A DNA stretch of 19,531 bases, from positions 1 to 19,531 of the forward strand of contig JAGXNO010000056.1 in assembly GCA_019894975.1 (NCBI GenBank), written 5' to 3'. Both the position numbers and the translations under genes were made by a program. Source of the stretch: Promethearchaeota archaeon (GTDB lineage Archaea; Asgardarchaeota; Lokiarchaeia; Sigyniarchaeales; SOKP01). The first letter of the stretch is position 1, and the number at the start of each line of letters is the position of its first letter. Shown piece after piece: positions 8,369-15,767 of this stretch. The notes below the pieces were generated by a model, which saw only the letters and a list, made by a program, of their open reading frames with translations, was not told the origin of the DNA and did no database searches.

Positions 8369-9139
8369 ATGAAAATTGTATTCCATGAGAGATATTATAA
8401 TTCAGATTACTCGATGGATCCCGCAGCTAAACCTGGGCGTCTAGAAGGTATCATTGAATTATTATCTAAAAATAAAGAATTTGAATTTATAACCCCGAAA
8501 CCTGCTGCAAAAGAAGATATTCTACGAGCTCACACTGAGCGACATTATAGATATATTAAGAAAAATTCATTATTGTTTGAATTAGCTTCTTTAGCAGCAG
8601 GAGGATCAATTCTAGCTGCCGAAGAAGGATTCAAGGGAAATCCTACTTTTGCTGTAATCCGTCCTCCGGGACACCATGCTTCAGCAGATTCCTGTTGGGG
8701 ATTTTGCTATTTTAACAATATAAGTATAAGTCTATTGAAATTATTTTCAGGTGGAAAAATTAAATCTGCTTTTGTACTTGATTTTGATCTTCACACGGGA
8801 GACGGTAATCTTAATATCCTCAAACATAGAAGCGATGGATTTAAAGTAGAGATATTAAATCCAAATTCAAGTGTGAATGTCAATTATATTAAAGAAGTTG
8901 AGCAATATATGCAAAATTTAAAAGATATTGACATATTTGTTGCTAGCGCAGGATTTGATGAGGGAATCGAAGATTGGGGTAATAAATTATATCCTGAAGA
9001 TTATCACGAAATAGGGATTTTGATGAAGAAATATTCCGAGAAATTATGTGATGGGAGACGGTTTGCATTGTTAGAAGGGGGTTACAATCATGCAGTATTA
9101 CCTAAAAATGTAGATTCCTTCTGTCAAGGTTTTAAATAA
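8369..9139 (+). CDS. Zn-dependent histone deacetylase family (HDAC/AcuC/APAH-like) amidohydrolase, compact form
   Basis: RPPGHHA, GFCYFNN, DFDLHTGDG, SAGFD and LEGGY are all intact; GGAG SD upstream. Confidence 0.92.
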   Translation: MKIVFHERYYNSDYSMDPAAKPGRLEGIIELLSKNKEFEFITPKPAAKEDILRAHTERHYRYIKKNSLLFELASLAAGGSILAAEEGFKGNPTFAVIRPPGHHASADSCWGFCYFNNISISLLKLFSGGKIKSAFVLDFDLHTGDGNLNILKHRSDGFKVEILNPNSSVNVNYIKEVEQYMQNLKDIDIFVASAGFDEGIEDWGNKLYPEDYHEIGILMKKYSEKLCDGRRFALLEGGYNHAVLPKNVDSFCQGFK

Positions 9140-9157
9140 AGAAAATAATTATTATTG

Positions 9158-9175
9158 CCATTTAATGATAAATGG
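9158..9175 (+). terminator. Hairpin CCATTTA-ATGA-TAAATGG after the HDAC stop
   Basis: Perfect 7-bp stem with 4-nt loop, 18 nt after the stop, followed by TTT. Confidence 0.4.
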
Positions 9176-9299
9176 TTTCATCACACATGAATCCCAAATA
9201 GAAATATTTTAAAATATTGATATCTTCAATTGGTATTAATCAATTTTAATATTGAGAAATCCAAAAGAAGAGAAAATATATACATGTGATATAAACTTG

Positions 9300-10160
9300 A
9301 TGGAAAAAGAAATTAAAAGAAGACCCTCTCTTTCAGAACCGAGAGTAAAACCTTTTCAATTTAGTGAAATGGATGAAGAGACACAAAATCTTCATTTTTC
9401 ATTAGGAGCAGAACTCCTTAAACAACATTTTGGAGTATCAGCTCCAGTAGATTTTTATAAGATTGATGTCTCCCAACTTGAGGATGAGAAGTTAGAAATT
9501 TTACTCGGGATGAATCTAAATGTTGGTAAAACAGTAGAAAAATACATTGACTTAATTCCGGGAGTACTCCCATATTTTCAACGAGAACCCTTCATACCCT
9601 CAATTCCCCCAAGAGAAAGAGAATTAGCTATAATTAGAACGGGATGGTTATGCCAAGCTGAGTATGAATGCATTCATCATATTGGTGCTGGATTAGTTTT
9701 GGGACTTATTACTACTGAAGAAATAATAAGGATTTTTAAAGGTCCTAAGGCTCCTGGGTGGAACGCGTTTGATTCTGCAATATTACGAGCTACAGATGAG
9801 CTCCACAATGATTTTTTTATTAGTGATGCTACATGGGAAGTGCTTTCAGAACAATATGATGAGCATCAAAGGCTCGAGTTTATCTTGCTAGTTGGGCAAT
9901 ACACACAAATAGCAATGTTTCTTAATAGTGCTGGTGTACAAGTTGCATTTAAACATTCAGGTTTCGGTGAATTGTCTGAAAAGATAAATAGAGATAAAAG
10001 AGCTCAAGCATCATATGCAGTAGATAAAGAAATAGCAATGATCTATAGAGAAAGGATTACTAGCGATGAGTTCGAAAACACTAAAAGTATGCTTGACAGG
10101 TTACTTCTGAAAGAGGAATTTGAAATAAATCTGAAAATGTTAGGTTTATCAAAAGCGTAG
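9300..10160 (+). CDS. Carboxymuconolactone decarboxylase/AhpD-like family protein with C-terminal extension
   Basis: PRERELAIIRTGWLCQAEYE..HH, LRATDELH..ISDATW..L, VGQY..AMFLNSAGV. ATG 9300 is preferred over TTG 9252, but the start is uncertain. Confidence 0.8.
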   Translation: MEKEIKRRPSLSEPRVKPFQFSEMDEETQNLHFSLGAELLKQHFGVSAPVDFYKIDVSQLEDEKLEILLGMNLNVGKTVEKYIDLIPGVLPYFQREPFIPSIPPRERELAIIRTGWLCQAEYECIHHIGAGLVLGLITTEEIIRIFKGPKAPGWNAFDSAILRATDELHNDFFISDATWEVLSEQYDEHQRLEFILLVGQYTQIAMFLNSAGVQVAFKHSGFGELSEKINRDKRAQASYAVDKEIAMIYRERITSDEFENTKSMLDRLLLKEEFEINLKMLGLSKA

Positions 10161-10163
10161 TTT

Positions 10164-10349
10164 GTGTCAAAGATGATAGAAGAGTTAATGGAAAAGGACT
10201 TCCACAAAGTTAAAATGGCAGAATTTTATAAAGAATTAGGTAATTATGAAAAAACAATTGAATATGCGAAAAAAGGGAGAGAATTAGCAATTGAAAGAAA
10301 AGAAGAGGAATGGATAAAAAAAGCTGATAAATTACTTCTTGAAATATAA
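10164..10349 (+). CDS. Short helical TPR-like ORF, in frame with the upstream gene after a single TAG
   Basis: MAEFYKELGNYEKTIEYAKKGRELA resembles one TPR unit. TAG(10158-60)-TTT-GTG is in frame. Confidence 0.55.
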   Translation: MSKMIEELMEKDFHKVKMAEFYKELGNYEKTIEYAKKGRELAIERKEEEWIKKADKLLLEI

Positions 10350-10364
10350 GAAAGGTAAATTCAG

Positions 10365-10396
10365 TGTCTGATTCCAATGAAAATTCCATTGAAAAA
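10365..10396 (+). repeat. Direct repeat B, copy 1 (TGTCTGATTCCAATGAAAATTCCATTGAAAAA) with internal inverted repeat
   Basis: 27/32 ungapped identity to 12006-12037. Confidence 0.85.
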
Positions 10397-10453
10397 TACC
10401 TAATTATTAAGCAATAGAATGCTAACATATCAATTTTACATGCAAAAACTTAC

Positions 10454-11947
10454 TCAAGTTCTTGAAATTTTGAAAACATATGCGTGTTCACAAGGTTTTT
10501 CATTTGGAGTTTTTATTTTAAGACCAAAATCCGTTAGTTCCCATTCCAATTCTTTATCAACGCCTAAAATCTTAATGGATCTAATGTCCGATTCATCCAT
10601 TATGTAATAAGAATTTATTGCTCCACTGTATCGTAGAATTTTTCTATAAGATTTCCTCAAGGTTTTAATTTTGAACTCTTCAGCAGGCCATCCGAGAGTA
10701 ATTGCATAAATTGTGTTATCCTTAACAGTAAATCTGATATCCTTAGCAGTGTACTTTACTTCTGCTGATTCGCTGAAGGTTCCTCCTCTAGCTAGTTTTG
10801 TTTTTCCCTCACCAGCTATAAACCATGGAGTTGTGTTATAAATTGCTTCTCCATTAACCTCAAGCCATTTTCCTATTTGAAGAAGGCAGTTTTTGGCGGG
10901 ATCAGGAATTTCACCATTTGCTTTCGGTCCAAAATTCAGTAGAAGATACCCGTTTTTAGATACGCGATCTACTAAATTATGAACAAGCGTGTCTCCTGAT
11001 TTGTATCCCGCATCTTTTACATATGACCATGCTCCTTGATCGTCAACGGATGAATCTGTTATCCATTTAAAATATGTTAATTTACCAGCCCTACCCAACT
11101 CATAATCAAGAATTCCAACATTAGGAGGTAGATTATGATTTTTATAAGTTACGGCAACTTCCTTTCCCCACTCTTCAGCATTATTGAAGTAATATGCAAG
11201 CGTTTCTCTCTTGTATTTATCAGGAAGCTTCCCCAATCCAAAGTCAAACCATATAAGATCAGGTTTATAGTTATCTAAAACCTCAATTATTTTTGCTTTC
11301 CAATTATCAAGATATTCCTTACTTGGTTTAGCTTGATGAATCCATCTCCATTGTAAGTTAATTTTTGAATCTTCATCGTGGATTGGTCCATATAATCCCG
11401 AATATTCCGGATTTGATGTATCATAATTCTCATTCCAGTGAGGGAAAAACCAGTGGTTCTCGGCATGATGAAACGCTACCATGAATTTCAAACCCTGTTT
11501 TCTGATTGCTTTTTCCATTTCACCTACAGTGTCTCTTTTGGGGCCCATTTGAGCAGCATTCCATTTCGTCACCTTACTATCCCACATTGCAAAACCGTCG
11601 TGGTGAATGCATACTGGTCCTGCAAATTTTGCTCCTACTTGTTTAAAGAGTTTTGCCCATTCTTCGGGATCGAATTTTTCTGCTGTAAATAAGGGTATAA
11701 AATCCTTGTATCCAAACTCCGAAGGATGACCGTAAGTTTTTGTATGGTGTTTATATTGGGGCGTTCCCTCTTGATACATAGCATGACCGTACCATGATCC
11801 ATTTTTGGCCGTTTTTGGCCCGAATGCAGGGACAGAATAAATGCCCCAATGGTAGTAGATCCCAAATTTAGCATCATCGAGCCATTCTGGAGATCTATGT
11901 CTTTTTAAAGAATTCCAAGTTGGTTTATATTTTTCTTTAGAACTCAT
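10454..11947 (-). CDS. Alpha-L-fucosidase, glycoside hydrolase family 29
   Basis: AKFGIYYHWGIYSVP, HHDGFAMW, YKPDLIWFD (nucleophile Asp), VSKNGYLLLNFGP, WLEVNGEAIYNT; no signal peptide. Confidence 0.95.
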   Translation of the reverse strand: MSSKEKYKPTWNSLKRHRSPEWLDDAKFGIYYHWGIYSVPAFGPKTAKNGSWYGHAMYQEGTPQYKHHTKTYGHPSEFGYKDFIPLFTAEKFDPEEWAKLFKQVGAKFAGPVCIHHDGFAMWDSKVTKWNAAQMGPKRDTVGEMEKAIRKQGLKFMVAFHHAENHWFFPHWNENYDTSNPEYSGLYGPIHDEDSKINLQWRWIHQAKPSKEYLDNWKAKIIEVLDNYKPDLIWFDFGLGKLPDKYKRETLAYYFNNAEEWGKEVAVTYKNHNLPPNVGILDYELGRAGKLTYFKWITDSSVDDQGAWSYVKDAGYKSGDTLVHNLVDRVSKNGYLLLNFGPKANGEIPDPAKNCLLQIGKWLEVNGEAIYNTTPWFIAGEGKTKLARGGTFSESAEVKYTAKDIRFTVKDNTIYAITLGWPAEEFKIKTLRKSYRKILRYSGAINSYYIMDESDIRSIKILGVDKELEWELTDFGLKIKTPNEKPCEHAYVFKISRT

Positions 11948-12005
11948 ATTTATTCTTATCCTTCTTATTTTTAATCTCTTCTTGTTTCCCTATAATTATG
12001 AAGAA

Positions 12006-12037
12006 TGTCTGAATTCAACGAAAACTCCGTTGAAAAA
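12006..12037 (+). repeat. Direct repeat B, copy 2 (TGTCTGAATTCAACGAAAACTCCGTTGAAAAA) containing perfect TTCAACG-N7-CGTTGAA
   Basis: 27/32 identity to 10365-10396; perfect 7-bp arms at 12014-12020 and 12028-12034. Confidence 0.85.
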
Positions 12038-12049
12038 GCTAGAAGAATT

Positions 12050-12760
12050 TTAGCTTTCTAAAAGTTCCATACAATTTAAATCTCTTATAACGAGGAGAAT
12101 CCTTTCTAAATCAAACCACCAGTTTTTTATATTCACAGTCCACCTACGGATAATTCTGTAAAGGTTTAATAACGCAGATAATTTGTAGTCGTACCAACAT
12201 TCATCCCAACTATAGGTTTTAACACCATACTTTAAAAGAAGGTTAAAATAGTGCTTTATAAGATCTTTTTCAATTAAATGTCTATAGTCAGGATATTGCC
12301 AAAACCCAATCATAGACACTAGATCTTGACATCCAATACCACTACCCCAAAAATCCCAATCAAATAGTATCGCTTTTGATTTTTGATTTTCACTATCTTT
12401 GGGAAAAGAGAAATTTTGGACGTGAGCGTCATTATGAACAAGTGTAATATTTTTTCTTTTGAATCTTTCTGTTGCAATTTGAGGATAAATTGAGAACACT
12501 GTTCTCAATAACTTTTCTCTTTTATTGCTTATTTTCTCTTTTATATGAGCTAAAAATCTTTCTTGTTGTTTATTAATCCATTTAAGATTCTCCTCCACTT
12601 TAAAAAAATTTCCTACCATCGGGTAACGAGGTATCGAGTGTTTAGACAGTTCTTCAAAATTTTTATTATCCCACCAAAACGCATGTATTTCTGCTAAACT
12701 TTCAATTGCTTTTTCAAAGTCCCGTTTTGAAGGAGGATACTCTGGATGTTTGGCATGAGT
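12050..12760 (-). pseudogene. 5'-truncated aminoglycoside/choline-kinase-like phosphotransferase (APH/EcKinase-like)
   Basis: The frame stays open for 47 codons upstream of ATG 12619 (THAKHPEYPPSKRDFEKAIESLAEIHAFWWD...) up to TAG 12763-12761, and no start codon precedes this conserved part. Catalytic HNDAHVQN and LFDWD are present; the N-terminal ATP-binding lobe is absent. Confidence 0.75.
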
Positions 12761-12771
12761 CTACACTCATG
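12754..12771. repeat. Inverted repeat CATGAGT-CTAC-ACTCATG at the pseudogene breakpoint
   Basis: Perfect 7-bp arms; the left arm ends exactly where the kinase frame begins (12760). Confidence 0.6.
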
Positions 12772-12919
12772 ATGGTTTATCTCAGAATATTGCCTTAAAA
12801 ATTCCATAATCCCTAGAATGTTACTTTTTTCAATTAATCATCATTCTTTTATGATATTTTAGATATAAATAGAAGAAAGACCTCACATTAATTTACAATA
12901 CAATATTTAATTGAATATT

Positions 12920-15016
12920 ATGGAAAAACATCGAGTAGCTATTGGTCAGTACAGAAAAAAGACTAAATCTCTCAGAAGAGTTGTGGAACTCTCTGGGGCA
13001 TTTGATACTCTTAAAGGGGATGAAAAAATCTTCTTAAAGCCAAATATAGTTTTTTGGGCACCGATTCCAGATTATCCTCCTTATGGGGTTGTAACAACTT
13101 CAACAATTATGGAAGATACTATCATTTTACTAAAAGAACGTGGAATCAAGGATATAACTATAGGAGAGGGATGTGTTACCATGAATCCTAAAGATGTCAA
13201 AACGACTCAACATGCTTTTGAAGCTTTAGGATATAACAGATTTAAAAAAAAATATGGAATCAATGTTATTAATGTTCTGGAAAGACCATTTGAGAAATTA
13301 GATTTAGGAAATGATATTCAGCTAAATTTTAACTCTGACGCTTTGAATAGTGATGTAATCATCTCTGTTTCAGTTCTTAAAACTCATAGCCAAGCAAAAG
13401 TAAGTTTAAGCTTAAAAAATTTAAAGGGATTAATTGATGTTCCTTCAAGGAAGAAATGCCATACCCCAGACACAGAAAATGATTTAGAATTTTACTTATA
13501 CCATTTACCCAAGAAATTGCCTCAAGTTATTCCTATTATTGATGGTATTTATACTAATGAATTAGGACCAGGATATGATGGGAATATGAGAAGAAGTAAT
13601 ATTTTAATTGCTTCTTCAGATATGCTTTCAGCAGATAAAGTAGGATCAATGGTCCTTGGATATGATCCCTCTGATGTGTCATACCTGTCTTACTATGCTA
13701 AAGAAAATAATCGACCCATAGATCTTTCAGATGTAGAGGTTATTGGAAAGACAATTGAAAGCGTTCGTAATCCTCATAGATATCAATTCCCATATACAGA
13801 TGATCATACGCTTCCAATCGCACTTTCTAAACAGGGTATTAAAGGATTATCGTATCGTCAATATGATAATACCACATGCACTTATTGTTCTATACTTACA
13901 GGTTTACTCCCTATTGCAATCACATATGCTTGGAATAGTTCACAAGGAGATCCTTGGGATGACGTTGAGGTAATAATGGGAAAAAGAATGAATCCAACAC
14001 CCGGTAAGAAAAAGGTTATACTACTAGGTCAGTGCATGGTTAATAAACACAGAAATAATCCAGATATTAAAGAAATAATCCCAATAAAAGGGTGTCCTGT
14101 AAAACCTGAGAACATCGCAAAAGCCTTTCATCAAGCTGGTGTCGAAATCCATCCAGATTTCTTTATGAATCTTGATAACATTCCACGATTTTTTGGAATT
14201 CCGTATAAACATCGCTTTAATGAATTTCAGATGTCACATTTTAATGATGAAATAATCGATGAAACTGTCCCACCTATCGATGAAATTGGAGTTAGTCAGT
14301 TCTATCTTGATAATAACAATCCCGAAAAACAAGCTAAATTCGATGTTAAGTTTTTTGGTTTAGTTGGTGAAAAAAATACAAATGCCATTAGTAAAATAAG
14401 CGTGAAGGGCCCAAAAGGATATGAATTTCAGTTTAAAAACCAACCATATTCAAATGAAAATTGTAATGGCTATATAGTTGATAGCTATAATCGCGACATG
14501 GTCTATTATCGAGCGTTTGATAGAAATGGATTTTTAGAAGATGGAGAATATACTACTACAGTAGAATATTGGAATGGGGAATCACGGTCTAAATCGCGTG
14601 TTCTTAAAACTAATAACAATCTTCTAAAGGGTTATTTAAAAGTGAAGAGTAACATTCTCTTTTCTAGTGAGGAAAAACCTAAATACATGGGAGATCCCCG
14701 TATTTATGTTAATGTAAAATGGACACCTTTAAAGCAATTAGGAGAAATCGATGCTTATTATGCTCCTTACATATCTAAAGGAAGAACTGATTTCATGAAT
14801 TTGCATGATTTAACTCATTTTGATAACATATTTTTAACTTCAGTATTAATACCTTCTTACGGATTGAATAAAAACTCGACTTTAATAAATACTCGATGGA
14901 GACCTTTAGAACCAAATTCAGAATATTCATGGTTAACCGAAATTTGCGACTTTAATTCTTACAAAAATATTAACATGACTATTCATCAACCAATTCAGTA
15001 TTTTAAAACTAATTAA
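12920..15016 (+). CDS. DUF362-domain Fe-S protein with a CxxC/GxC/GCP module and an extra ~250-aa C-terminal beta-rich domain
   Basis: IFLKPN, GVVTT, IGEG, VLKTH, LKNLKG, IIDG, SADKVG; CTYC...GQC...KGCP. Start is ATG 12920 or TTG 12911. Confidence 0.85.
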   Translation: MEKHRVAIGQYRKKTKSLRRVVELSGAFDTLKGDEKIFLKPNIVFWAPIPDYPPYGVVTTSTIMEDTIILLKERGIKDITIGEGCVTMNPKDVKTTQHAFEALGYNRFKKKYGINVINVLERPFEKLDLGNDIQLNFNSDALNSDVIISVSVLKTHSQAKVSLSLKNLKGLIDVPSRKKCHTPDTENDLEFYLYHLPKKLPQVIPIIDGIYTNELGPGYDGNMRRSNILIASSDMLSADKVGSMVLGYDPSDVSYLSYYAKENNRPIDLSDVEVIGKTIESVRNPHRYQFPYTDDHTLPIALSKQGIKGLSYRQYDNTTCTYCSILTGLLPIAITYAWNSSQGDPWDDVEVIMGKRMNPTPGKKKVILLGQCMVNKHRNNPDIKEIIPIKGCPVKPENIAKAFHQAGVEIHPDFFMNLDNIPRFFGIPYKHRFNEFQMSHFNDEIIDETVPPIDEIGVSQFYLDNNNPEKQAKFDVKFFGLVGEKNTNAISKISVKGPKGYEFQFKNQPYSNENCNGYIVDSYNRDMVYYRAFDRNGFLEDGEYTTTVEYWNGESRSKSRVLKTNNNLLKGYLKVKSNILFSSEEKPKYMGDPRIYVNVKWTPLKQLGEIDAYYAPYISKGRTDFMNLHDLTHFDNIFLTSVLIPSYGLNKNSTLINTRWRPLEPNSEYSWLTEICDFNSYKNINMTIHQPIQYFKTN

Positions 15017-15033
15017 GAAGAGCAGGATTCCAT

Positions 15034-15663
15034 TTGAATAAGAAGGAGATAGTTAGAAAAGGATATAATAAAGTTGCCGGGAGTTTGGAGGAAATCTTTG
15101 GAATTGATAAAAAGGGGGAGGATCAAATAAAGTTTTTATCAGAATTTTCATCAAGAATACCTTTAAATAGTCGAGTATTAGATGCTGGATGTGGTAGTGG
15201 CGCGTATTCTCGCATTTTGAGTGAGAATTTTGAAGTGACTGGTGTGGATATCTCTGAAAATCAAATTAAATTAGCTAAAAAGAATGCTCCCAAAGCACAA
15301 TTAATTTGTCAAGATATGACAACACTCTCTTTTCCAGATGATTACTTTAACGGCATTTTGTCTTTTTATGCTATTATTCATATCCCAAGAGAGGAGCATT
15401 ACCAATTATTAAAAAATTTTTATCGTATTTTAAAAATTAATGGGATTGTTCTCTTAACTTTTCATTGTACTGATGATCCTGAGTCATATGTTGAAGATTT
15501 TTTTGGACCTGGAATTAAAATGTTTTGGAGTGGTTTTGATAAAGCTTCATATTTAAAAATGGTTCAAGATGCTGGATTTAAGATAATCTGGTCAAGATTG
15601 GTGTTAGAATCGCCCAAATGGGGTGAAACCTATCATTTATTTGTAATGGCAGAAAAATTGTGA
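15034..15663 (+). CDS. Class I SAM-dependent methyltransferase
   Basis: VLDAGCGSG, GVDIS, QDM, SFYAIIHIPR; TTG start with AGGA upstream; 17 nt after the DUF362 stop. Confidence 0.9.
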   Translation: MNKKEIVRKGYNKVAGSLEEIFGIDKKGEDQIKFLSEFSSRIPLNSRVLDAGCGSGAYSRILSENFEVTGVDISENQIKLAKKNAPKAQLICQDMTTLSFPDDYFNGILSFYAIIHIPREEHYQLLKNFYRILKINGIVLLTFHCTDDPESYVEDFFGPGIKMFWSGFDKASYLKMVQDAGFKIIWSRLVLESPKWGETYHLFVMAEKL

Positions 15664-15767
15664 TAAGATTTTAAATCTTCTTATTATCCTAATTTTTGTT
15701 GGAAAAAAATTTTTAATTTTATTAACAATTCTCAATCTTATAAATTACAAAAACGAGGATCAAAATT

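Noticed and set aside
10158-10160. Genome-wide TAG reassignment to pyrrolysine
   Set aside because: TAG ends tdh (6307-6309) and DUF362-short (18506-18508) at natural C-termini followed by terminator-like T-rich tracts.
12006-12037. Repeat B as a canonical integron attC site or a CRISPR repeat
   Set aside because: AAC and GTT are only 9 nt apart with no L boxes, and no integrase gene is present. There are only two copies 1.6 kb apart, with no spacer periodicity or cas genes.
10454-15666. Selenocysteine read-through at the TGA stops of the fucosidase and methyltransferase
   Set aside because: Both TGAs fall at expected C-termini and are followed by another in-frame stop within six codons.
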